A DNA stretch of 47,999 nucleotides, taken from positions 1 to 47,999 of the forward strand of contig JAAPAO010000243.1 of the NCBI GenBank assembly GCA_013115145.1, in the 5' to 3' direction. Position 1 is the stretch's first letter; each line of letters opens with the position of its first letter. The DNA is from Perkinsus chesapeaki ATCC PRA-425. Taxonomy: Eukaryota; Protista; Perkinsozoa. Made by a program: the position numbers and the translations under genes. Shown here one piece after another: positions 37,901-47,999 of the stretch. The notes under the pieces are model-generated. The model had not been told where the DNA came from, ran no database searches, and was given only the letters and a program-made list of their open reading frames with translations.

Positions 37901-40900
37901 TATTGCGTGCACCATGGAGTCGGCAATTGGAAACTCGCTGGTGTCCGCGCCGGACCGTCCGCCTCTGATGACCCTTGAGATTTTCTATCCGTGCTTCCGT
38001 TCCACTTTTTGTCATGTTTTCAGTTTGCACATGAGTTTGATAATACTGTGGAGGACCTGCAACCACAACGAACAGAAAAGTAGGTAGAGCAACTTACCGC
38101 CCGATTTCGTTTTCAGCCCTAACGGTGATGGAGAAGCTCAAACCTCCGTCCATCCACTGGCGAAAGGAGGAGATGGCTGCATCAGTTTGGAGTACAGAGA
38201 GGAGTGAGTGATGGTTCAGGTTTCATTTCGATTGGGAAAAACTGAAAATTGACATTTTCAATCTGAACCAACGAGTGTGGGTAGTAGGTATTTGGGCACA
38301 AGTCTGTTCCTTGTGGATTTGCCGAGGAAGGAGACAGTATGCTACCCAGAAAATGTGATTGTCGTGGCTGCACTGAAATAGCCATCCGTCCCGAACCAGT
38401 CTCGCGGGCATCTCGATTATCAGACTGCAAATCTGCCAACTTGTCGGATTAGTAGTAGCTCTCAATGGATATGACAGGTTGGTTGAAGAGGATGAGAATG
38501 ATAATGTCACAGACTCTCCTGACACAGGAGAGTCTCAAGTCTTACTCTATCCAGAGGTCCTGGGTAGAAGACTATTGGGAAATTCGGCAAGAATGCCAAA
38601 CGTTCCAATTCACCGGGCGAGCGTATGTCATGCATGACGTCAACTGAGACAGGACATCGTCGTTGGAAAGATTTCAACAACAGTTGTCGACTATGTTTCA
38701 GTCTGAAGCTCCTGCTCTATCGGCATTGCTCTCTACTGGAAGCATTTGTACATACTCCTTATACGTACGCAGCCGCAGGCTTATACCATGTAAGGAGATG
38801 TCGCCACCAGGAATCGAACCAGGGACCTTTCGGTTGTTAGGAGAGCGGGACACGAGATGTCCATCAGTACTTTGCGGAATGTGGACTGCAGCCTCATAGC
38901 TTCAACCAGGTCTACATTTCCATGCCGGTGAGTTTGCAGCATTATTTCGGCCAGGAGGGATTTCTTAGTTACACGCGCGGTTGAATCTGATGGAAAAACT
39001 GAAGTACGATAGGCGGAGCGAAGCGATTCACGAATACCGTTTTTAGGAAGTATGGCAATCGAAGGGGTTTGTTCGAGATGACGCACTTTGATTTCCTGCG
39101 AAGAGATAATTCGGCAGCAAGCCAGACCGGAGGTGAGGCAATACTAACGAATAAGTCACGCGCCTCGAAATTTGGGAAGTATCCGTGATTAGTATCATTC
39201 AGGTCCATCTGCGGCCGGACAAGTCGACCATCTGAATCTCACCGAGATGTCTGCGTCTGACATGTCGGTTGTCGTCTTTGCCGCTTTAGAAGCTTGCGGG
39301 ATACCCAATGGTAAGGGGACAACCGATTTGTGCTACTGAGGTTAAACAGCGTTGGCCAGGAAAGGAAATTTTTGGAATGTGGAATTGTCGTAGGCTCCTG
39401 CATTACCAGCACTGAGGAGTTTATCCCCTGCAGTGACTCTGAGGGAATTTTCCGCAACTTTTTTTAATTTTGTGGATACCCTATATGAGGCATTGAGATA
39501 TCAGTTTTTGCTAACCTCTGTTCTGCTGTATGGTCCAAAAATCCGCCACGAAAACTCGCCACAATTTCAAATAATTTATTTCCTTGTCAGCACTCACCTC
39601 CAGCGAGCCTACCGTAATAGCTACCGAGCTTTAAATGTTCATCGTAGCGAAGCACAGGAGAAATTGCCAATAATTTTCAGGAATTTTCGAAAAATTTTTC
39701 CCTCGTGTTGGCGATAAAGGGACATATCCAAGCGGCGTGCTTAGCTGTGATCACAGCCTGACTTTTTGGGAAATTCTTGGCAGAGGCTCTGCTCGTGCGT
39801 AAGAACTTTTCACTTTGCCTTTGAGCTTCGAAGGGTTCACTTCATCTTTTATCAGATGGCTCCGAGGACGATGACAACTCCAGCACCACTCCTCTGCAGC
39901 GGAAGGCCTTCTTTGATGCGCTGGATATAATTCGGGGGTAAGAAAGCAATTGTTTATCGAAAGACTGGGTTAGAGCTTGTGCTGAGGTGTCGTGTAGCTC
40001 TCGGAAGGTTTGCAAATTCCTGATCCACTGTGGCTCATTCTTATCCTTGTACTCGACCGATTCCTCATGACTTTTTTTTGACCAGTCTGCTTCATCTTGG
40101 AAAAGCTTTTTGGGGCGTTATGAGTTTATAGCTTACTTTTACTCGATTTGGTTGTTGTTGAGAAATACTTCCTTCCATTCACCTCAACTTTGTATCGTAA
40201 TTATTGACGATTGATATCTGTTTTCCAAACATGTCCCGCTTGAAGTCATCTGCAATAAGTTGGCCGCTGAGGACCTGACAGCTCTAGAGGATACTTGTTA
40301 CAACTTTCCCGCTTTCCTCTGTGTGAGTGGTCAGCTTCCATTTTCAGTTCCAATGCCTCGGGAACGAGGACCGCGCTGCTCCGAGGGTTGAGCGTCCTGC
40401 GCCATGTGGTGTCCCAGGTGGTGAGCTGTCGCCGAATATCATAAAAATATGGATTGATTTCAGGCAAAGGCGATCAGGGACCGGCAAATGTATAAAACCG
40501 TACGGAGGGAGAACGACGATACTTTTAGACTCACAGTTTTGTACCGTGTGGTTAACCCTATAATATGGTAAGAAGGACTCGAGTTCGATCCCGGCACATG
40601 TCGTTTTTTTTTCAGTTCCCCTGGAGTACTGCGACGATTGGCGTTGTTTGTTCTTCACATTATCTACTATAAGACCTCATCAAGACGAGCGGATAGAGGA
40701 TCCTTGCCATATATAGTATGTTGTCAAATGCCCAATGAGAACTTTATCTGTCTCGGGGTGGTAAGATGGATGTTACCGCTTTGCAGTTTTCTATTTTTCC
40801 ATCAGATGCCAACAAGCATTTCAGCAGTTGGAGACAAGAAAAGGTACGTGCGCCATTTATCTTCTTGAGCGATTTCGGGACTGACCTCCCTTCGGTTTAT

Positions 40901-41416
40901 AATACAGCTAATAAGGAAGATCTATTGCTTGTGAAATATACTGTCATCTAAGTCATGAAAAAGTATCAAGAAATAAGTTGTATTTAACGGAAAGTCATTT
41001 CATATGTCTGACCCGAGTGAATCACTAAGGTTAGAGAACTGTTCATCTTTCTTGGTGAAAACAACGCTGTTGCATTATTCTGATTCAGTACATTCGCCAC
41101 TCGGTTTCTGGAAGCCTCTGACGAAAGCGGTGCTAGCATGGACTTCAAAGCATTCGATGCTTCTGTTGTCGAAGTTGCAGGGAAGGATTTCCAGGTGGCC
41201 CAATCGATTAGATATCGCCTTCTCATTTTCGGTTATAGAAATGGAAAGAGGCTCTACAGGGACAAGCAGGCAATCGAGGAGATCATGGAAATGGCTTCGA
41301 CGAGGGTAGGGTCTTTTATTCTGATATGTTCAATCCTTCTGCAACTACTTTCACTATTAATCTGCAATTTCTGTACTTTATTATGAACAGCTGGCGTTAT
41401 ACAGGGTTTCCAGTAG
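34987..41416 (+). CDS. CDC45: CDC45 replication initiation factor, multi-exon; the N-terminal exons (probably ~34300-34980) and the final exon are approximate
   Basis: IVMIGCG..IIYVFDSHR; acidic S/D/E tract; YYDGHYRTTPASILLYRIA..SSLWAACVAL; LLLYRHCSLLEAFVHTPY..|ESGTRDVHQYFAECGL..NQVYISM; KKYGN..FDFLRR; EMSASDM..AALE; AFFDALD; SPGVLRRLALFVL..LPYIVC..ICLGV; TFATRFLEA..FDASVVEV. All are CDC45 motifs in the expected order. Confidence 0.9.
38799..38840 (-). pseudogene. tRNA 3'-half relic (Val-AAC-like loop) filling CDC45 intron 38790-38840 in antisense
   Basis: Minus strand reads CTAACAA CCGAA AGGTC CCTGG TTCGATT CCTGG TGGCGAC A, which is canonical 7/5/5/5/7/5/7/1 spacing. No 5' half, no CCA, one T-stem mismatch. 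Confidence 0.6.
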
Positions 41417-41954
41417 GAGCGATTGAACAACGATTTCTGTTTAGATTCATCGGAAGAAAGTGACTGAGGATGTGCACATCACTGTTTAATATGCATGCAT
41501 TACTCGTCTCATTAAATAATCTATTTCTATTATCATCATGTTATATGTTTTATCCAGTAAACACTGAACCAGAAGGAATCGCATCCTCAAGTCAAAACGA
41601 AATTGGAGAACACCTTTACATTGTAAAGGGTACACATACAACTTTAACGCAAAGTGGCCAGTTGGAACAAGATAGAACAATAAGCACTTCATCGGTCTCC
41701 TAGAGGGGATGATTCTAATTGAAGTTCTAGACGCTCGAATATTGAACCAATCGCTCGCCTATACGATCTATTAAATCCAAGTACATGTCGCTGCGCCATT
41801 ATCTGTCTCACCGACTAAACCTTTACTTTGCTGCATATTCGATAATATTTTATACTTTACAGATTGCCGCAAAGAGATTCTTTGGACCCAGCACGATTTT
41901 AATGTGATAATGCCTTCAGTTGCAGTCAGTGAGCATCTTAAACTACCCCGTCTC
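41231..41954 (+). repeat. Segmental duplication, copy 1 (CDC45 3' exon plus downstream DNA)
   Basis: Shares co-linear anchors with 43346-44058: GGTTATAGAAATGGAAAGAGGCTCTAC (27 nt identical), ATGCATGCATTACTCGTC, ACGCTCGAA, GATAATATTTTATAC, CCCCGTCTC. Confidence 0.85.
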
Positions 41955-42107
41955 GTTTGACAGTAAAGAGCTCGCCCTAATAACCGAGACATGTCGATAT
42001 CAGAGACACGGAGAATACAAGGAAATGTATATTGTTACTTTCATTCTGAGCTCATTAGCACCTTGCTTGTTTCTGGTGAACCTGTTCTCTCAGTAACACT
42101 TTTCGGT

Positions 42108-42898
42108 ATGTCTGCTAATTTTGTTATTATCTGTTGCTTATCGGCGGCCCTCAGCTCGGTGATGGCCTTGAAGTCAGTTTCGGTCAAGTCTCGTGTAATA
42201 AAGCATCCGAATAGAACGTCGTTTTGCAATGTCTGTCAAGCAGATTCATCCTTTTATAAGACCAGCACTGGACTATAGAGCTCGTGCAATGGGAATTACT
42301 GAGGTAGGATTATATTGAAACATTACTACTAGCTGCATAACTATAACGCTCAAGCGAGACATTCCATATGCTAGGTTAGGGCTTTTAAAGGAGTTTGTAT
42401 TGCCACCCTCGGAAGAGGAATTCTTTTTCGTGGCTTCGCGGAAGGGGATGCGAGTAGAATGGGAATCAAAGGCCAAGGGTCATGAGCAAGTGCTCAGTTT
42501 CGGGTAAGCATCGACGACTTCTGACGTGCGCAGTCTTGAGAAATCTTCGTCTTTCCAGGTCGGACGATGATGGCAATGATGACAGGCTCCATTTTTATTA
42601 TGGCGATGAACGCATTGAAATCGAGGGACCAAAGAAAAGTGTTGAGGAGGCCTTCGGAAAATTTAATTTCCTCCGCCCAGCAGTCGATGAAGTAAATGAG
42701 TATCGTAGAAAAGGGGAAAGTGAGGATAAGGATTTTGATGCGGGTGTCGAATGCTTGAGAATGGTAAAGAAACTGCTTACTCCCGATGCAAACAATTGGA
42801 GTTTACGCTCGATTGATGACTCTCTGGCAAAGAAAAAGAAAGATATAAAAAGTAGAGCGAAGAAATTGAAAAAAAAGAAGAAGAAAGTTCAGACTTGA
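42108..42898 (+). CDS. Secreted hypothetical protein with lysine-rich C-terminus (5' splicing unresolved, may be damaged)
   Basis: Signal-like MSANFVIICCLSAALSSVMA; later exons EFFFVASRKGMRVEWESKAKGHEQVLSFG|(GTAAGC..CCAG)|SDDDGNDDRLHFYYGDERIEIEGPKK..KKLKKKKKKVQT*. Confidence 0.6.
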
Positions 42899-43345
42899 GT
42901 TACGTAGAGATACGTGATCGGAAGTAAACAACCGTTGATTTTTTAATGACCATGATGATGTAATGACGATGTTGATGTCGATAATGTAGTTGAGTTATTA
43001 GTAATTATAAGACTTGGTCCTAATATCACCACTCAAGCCAATGAGCTGGAATAATTAATATGAGTAGTTACTCAACAGCAGCAGCAGCCGCAAGCGTGCT
43101 GAAGTACTATCAGATTGGTCTTTGACTGATATACGGTGCTTAACAGGCTTCCTTAAACCAAACAGTCATACATTCTCCTCAGACTACCCTGATTATTCGG
43201 GTAATCTGTGAGCCCATAGTTAGATATGGTTATTGACTGCTAGTATCAATTGACATTACAGTTCAATGTCGTATTTTATATCTCTTCGAGCATGTGAAGT
43301 ACAGGTACTTTTTAGACTAACGATTGTGCTGTGTATCGTAATTAT

Positions 43346-44058
43346 GGTTATAGAAATGGAAAGAGGCTCTACGAGGGCAAGCAAATCGAGGGAATCATGG
43401 CATGGCCTCGACGACGGTTATTTTTCCTACCGAGTATGTCAATTCCTTTTATTGTTCTCTTCGTTACGAGTACAATTAGCGAATACCATAAAGAGATACC
43501 CTTAAGTTGGGGTTATTCTACATTGTTTTTGCTTTTCAGATCAATCTCACGGAAGTGACTCAAGGTGTTCAAACCGGCATTTGAAATGCATGCATTACTC
43601 GTCACACCAAATCACATATCCCTATTATGTGTTTAGGTAAATGAGAGACCAGACGACAACACAGCTATAGCAGATCTAGCTGGCGATATAGTATGTATCA
43701 ATCTCCCCTTCGCCCTTACAACCCTGCTTTTTTCAGCGCCGAGAATGAACTTTAACACAATGCAAGTTTATACAAGATGAAAACAACGACATGAATGAAG
43801 CAACAGTTTCTCAGTGGCAGGCGTCCGAGCGGAAGTTAGTAACGCTCGAACATTCGGTGATGCGCGCGCCTAAAATTCAAGTGCATGTCGCTTCATCATA
43901 TTCTGTCTCGCCGTTGTAGCCTTCGCTTGGTCACATAGTAGATAATATTTTATACATTAAACACTACTGGAAAAAAGACAATTGAACCAAGAGTAATCAG
44001 AGGTTCAGGTATATCATCATCAGTTGAAGTGAGTAAGCATCTCAAACTTCCCCGTCTC
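43346..44058 (+). pseudogene. Segmental duplication, copy 2: orphan CDC45 terminal pseudo-exon plus decayed minus-strand ORF
   Basis: Translates KWKEALRGQANRGNHG versus KWKEALQGQAGNRGDHG in CDC45. The minus-strand ORF copy has two in-frame TGA codons. Confidence 0.75.
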
Positions 44059-44115
44059 TTGCTGCCCCGAATCGACTCGTCTTTATCAACTCAATTTCGA
44101 AAATATGGAAAAGTT

Positions 44116-45514
44116 TCACAACGGAGTCGCGTCACTTCTAACAGAATCGTTTGCATCATTTCGTTGAATTTCCGTTAAGTCGCTAGACGGTCGGCGTGGA
44201 GGCGTCGGAGAGGCGAGCAATGCCCGATCGAATGCCTGCCGATGCCTAAGGGAGGTCCATCAGCGTGATAACTATCATTGTGGTCTTACGTCGGGCTTCC
44301 AAGTCGAGGACTGCTTGTCACCGAATCACTATCAGATGAGGAAGGAGCCTGTGGTTCAATGCAAAGATTCATCTAAGGTTGACTTGTAACCTTGAATCGT
44401 TCTCTTCCTTCTAGAGCCATAAATGCTGGTCTGTTCGGTGTCACATCGCTTTTATCATCTTCGTCGACGGGAGACTGCAGACTCCATCAAATAGAACGAG
44501 TTCTTTGTTACCCAGTCCCCAGCATTGAGGCTGTTGAAGGCTTTGCTCTTCGTGGTGATGCCGCTGGAGCCACTCGATGCCAGCAAACCCTCGTAGACAG
44601 TAGACTGTCCCACGCCACTCTGCAGAAGCAGAAATCGTTCAGACCAGTTGAAATTAATTTCCACCTTGGACTCGCTGGTTACCTCTGCCGACGACCCACT
44701 CGATTCCTGAAAAGAACCTCAATTTGTATGCTAGAACCCTTCCTACCGGAATGGTTCGGAAACACACCTCTTTAGAGGCCTCCAGGTCCACCAGCTCCAT
44801 GGACGTTTCGATCTTCTCAGGTGAGTCGGTGAGCGGTTCACATTCCGGTTTATGCAGGTCTCGTATTTCCTCCACGTCCGCACTGTTGCCAAGTGGCGTG
44901 TCCTCCCCAATAACCCCGAGGCTTTCCTGCCTTACTCCCGCCGCAGAGAAATCACACGCACTCTCTGCAAGCATGACGTGAGCCTCGTGGCGTGAAGCCT
45001 CAGCCACAGAGTCTTCCTTGGTGATGCCCCGCAGCATTATTTCGCCACTGGGAACTTCGGCTCTCCCCTTGGCGTTTACGAAAACCTTGTTTTCTTCGGG
45101 ACCTTGGGTCACTTGTGTCACGTCACGAAAGCTGGAAACTCTTGTGGCCTCTTCGAGGGCTTTGCGGAAGATTTTCGCTTCTCTTTCCAACCGAGAAAGC
45201 ACCGCTTCGATATACTCCTCGGTGCAGCAGCACCCATCCGTACAGTGACACGCGCATCTTGCGCACTCGCAAGAATTTGAACAAACTCGAGCCTGTGCCG
45301 AAAGAGGCCTTCTAGGATTCTTCGGGGGAGATTCCTCACAAAACTGAATCAGCGAATGACAGGCGTTCCAAATTTCCGGACTACCCGGCGGAGCAAGGCG
45401 GGCCGTGGCGGCGCAGACGAAGGCCGTCCCGGTTTCCTTTTTGGTTGCAAAATTATTCCGATCAAACAACTGCGGGGTGTTGCAATTAACAAACGTAACA
45501 TGATTCGGATACAT
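44116..45514 (-). CDS. Hypothetical protein with Cys-rich motif, short coiled-coil-like segment and acidic/Ser-rich tail; start uncertain
   Basis: 286-codon ORF 44654-45514 containing CSNSCECARCACHCTDGCCC and EAVLSRLEREAKIFRKALEEA. Downstream GT-AG exons end ..SVRSDATPL* (44116-44118). Confidence 0.6.
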
Positions 45515-45523
45515 GAGAAATCG

Positions 45524-46706
45524 TTATTCGTCAAGAACAGGATCACTATCTTTCCTCATCCACTCTGTCGGACACAGAGCTGCTGCGAACATCACTTTAT
45601 CGATGGCAGAATGATCAGTGTCACCGCAATTTGTTGCCATCTCGAATGGCATCAAATTCTCGAGCGTGTGTTTACTAGTTCGTACAATATCATGATCACC
45701 GCTGAGTTGGGCGCCAAGAAGGCCGCCATAAAGACGGAAAGGGAGTGAAGATGCATGTCTGGGAGAAAGCGCCATTGGAGCGGCTCGGATCAAAGCTTGT
45801 CGCTCCAGCTGAGCCGGTCGACCTTGGATGAACTGATTGGTCCACCAAATGAGGCCGTAGCCGAGAGGGTCGCCTAAGGCGCGGATTTGAAAGGACTTCC
45901 CGTGAGTAGCTGCTCACCTGCGACATGCCGCCAGGCATTATCAAGATACTCTCGAACAGCACCGGACAAATCGTCTATCTCACCCTCCAGGACACCCGGG
46001 CTCAACTTGTCGATGAGATGATAAATAATCAGGGCGGTTTCTGCGTCGTGATTCGGGCGAGCACTCCCCAGCCCGGAGATCGGTTCCATATCGACATTAA
46101 CCTTCCATCTCACTCCGCGTCCTGGAACGCAGAAGTGGGGATGGACGCCTTTCACGATTCTGATAGCTTCGTCGAGAGCCTCGAGAGATTTCGTGGCTTC
46201 GTGGAGGCGCAACAAAGCGAAGAGCCATTTGTCTATGTAGTGCCAGTACATGCCATCATAGGTCATACCTGGGTCCGACCGTGCGCATGCGTGCAACTTG
46301 CCGATCCGGAGACCGATGAAGGTGCTGGGATGGTGTGGGTCGGGGAGCATAGGAAACTCTGGGCTTCGAGGAGTCCCTAGGGTCTGATGGACGGTTCGAA
46401 CGAGTTTTCTCGCTGCGCCAAGAAATTCATCCGACCGATCAGGAAAGCATTTGGAAAGGGTAACAAAGTTGAGCACACCGAACGCGTCCGTCCAGAGATA
46501 CCTGAGAATCGCAATAACGGTTTTTCCATCAGAATTCACCGCAGCTCACTCCACCTTCTCTGCCGACCATCTACCCCTCCTGGCCCAGCTTCATTCGCTG
46601 GTAAGGGTTTCGGAAACGATTCGCTCGACCAGTCACCGTAGACATCCTTCATGATGGTCTCTATGAGAGATGCGTGCTTGCATCCCTCGACCGAGTTGGC
46701 TACCAT
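45524..46706 (-). CDS. Uncharacterised RYLWTDAFG-family protein, 3 exons
   Basis: MVANSVEG..DGRQR|RYLWTDAFGVLNFVTL..GLRIGK..DGMYWHYIDKWLFALLRL..VHPHF..RWKVNVDM..HVAG|DPLGYGL..LPFRLYGGLLG..IDKVMFAAALCP..DE*. Both introns are GT-AG and in phase. Family recognised from memory, not by search. Confidence 0.8.
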
Positions 46707-47048
46707 AACCACTGGCCTCTCCAGCCACTTCGAGAATACTGAATACTGACCAACTTCATCTCGTCAGGTGCATCTACATTTCGTGCCCAGTGCATCCCTC
46801 AGGTCGAGAAGACTTTTATTCCAATACCAATCTTGGAGTCAAATTTGGAGTCGCATGCGTCAGACCGCTGATACCAGGTACTGAATGTCAACGTGTGATT
46901 TCTATACCTGTCTCCTCCCTTGCCCACATTCCTCAGCGACCACATGCGTGCATGTGACCACAAGTTCCCCAGCAGCTCTCAGAAAATTTTTTACCGGGAA
47001 AATTTCTTGGTAACCCAACTCCACAGATATGAGAAAGAATAACAGTAT

Positions 47049-47881
47049 TTAGTTCGTAAGGATAACCCAGAGTAAGATGAAAGCTAGAATGAGAAAGAAT
47101 CTCGAAGCTGTCTGGGCTGAATCTTCCGGGCCTCCTCGTCGGACTCCCATATGGACGCCTGAAGAAAAAAATTCCGAAAATTTTTCCAATTTTTTACCGG
47201 GTCCTTGCCGGGTGTTGTATCCCGCATATACAAAAGGGAAGAAAGGGAAGCCAGCACCCACGGAGAATTCAGCTCCGCCAGGAGAATCTAAAAACCGTAA
47301 AACATGAAACGCTTCGCTCCGCTAAACCTACCTTCCGAACTGCCGCCCCAACCGAACCAATTCCGGCGGGGTTGAACCGGTGGCCGTTCGCCTTTTGGTC
47401 GGGAACGAGGTCTCTTGCGCGGATCAACGGGGTGGTGCTCGCTGTCGCCCCGGCCGTATAATGGGATCACATTTTCCCTGAAAAACTTCTGTCGTAAAGG
47501 GTCGTCAAAAATTACCCGCGGAAATTCGGATGTTTTTGTTCGAAAATTTCATGATTTTTTCCGCCAGCTTTGCGATTCGAAGGAAGACATTCCTGTCGAG
47601 TCCAGCACGAATCTTGCTCAGAGCCAATGATTCTGATCACGGAGCTTCAAGCGTGCTTTTGAGACTGTTGAAAGATACGAGAAAGGTTCGGGAAATATTC
47701 TAAAAGTTTGATTATTCGTCACCAGAGATCACTTTACAGAGTGCGACAGTTATACCAACTCCGAAGACCGAAACGACTTGAAGAAATTGTGGTCGTCGGT
47801 GACTTACCTGGTCACACCAGCCTTGCACACAGGACATTCACCGGAACGATCAAGCCACTGATCCAAACAAGACCAACAGAA
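47049..47881 (-). CDS. RNF5/RNF185/RMA1-type tail-anchored RING E3 ubiquitin ligase, 3' part (5' exons beyond window)
   Basis: FCWSCLDQWLDRSGECPVCKAGVTR|ENVIPLYGRG..DPRKRPRSRPKGERP..|FSVGAGFPFFPF..|ASRFFLILAFILLWVILTN*. Confidence 0.92.
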
Positions 47882-47907
47882 CTGATAGAGGAAGAAAAAG
47901 TAAAATG

Positions 47908-47999
47908 ATAGTATCCAACAACCCCCAGTAGAGTAGCCTAGTCATCACTTAACCCTTATTCCCTATCTTAATAGTATCCACCAACCCCTAGTAGAGTAG
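47908..47999. repeat. Direct repeat, about 63-bp period, in the E3-ligase intron (cut by window end)
   Basis: ATAGTATCCA(A/C)CAACCCC(C/T)AGTAGAGTAG at 47908 and 47971. Confidence 0.8.

Overview
Gene-dense eukaryotic genomic DNA with many short GT-AG introns (mostly about 40-60 nt), AT-rich islands in the longer introns and two N-gaps. Gene content and intron style suggest a Perkinsus-like alveolate; this is inference. Left to right: 5' end of a subtilisin-like protease (-), a secreted acidic protein (+), WDR35/IFT121 (-, 15.4 kb, over 30 exons, hosting two tRNA genes and three tandem repeats), a frameshifted S41/CPAF-like peptidase (+), a TBC1D13-like RabGAP (-, hosting tRNA-Ser), a metaxin (-), CDC45 (+), a secreted protein between two copies of a decayed ~720-bp duplication, a Cys-rich protein (-), a member of the uncharacterised RYLWTDAFG family (-), and the 3' part of an RNF5/RNF185-type E3 ligase (-). 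Most ORF-track entries are exon fragments or antisense shadows. Best leads: (1) a 51-nt CDC45 intron is almost entirely the antisense 3' half of a tRNA and its AG acceptor is the complement of C32-U33; a second CDC45 intron carries a weaker sense-strand tRNA 3'-end relic; all three intact tRNAs are intronic; (2) a 14-nt fold-back insertion frameshifts the S41 gene, and tight-loop hairpins recur at a tRNA trailer and a satellite edge; (3) periodic An/Tn clusters in introns resemble nematode PATCs. Exon boundaries were read by eye and no searches were run.
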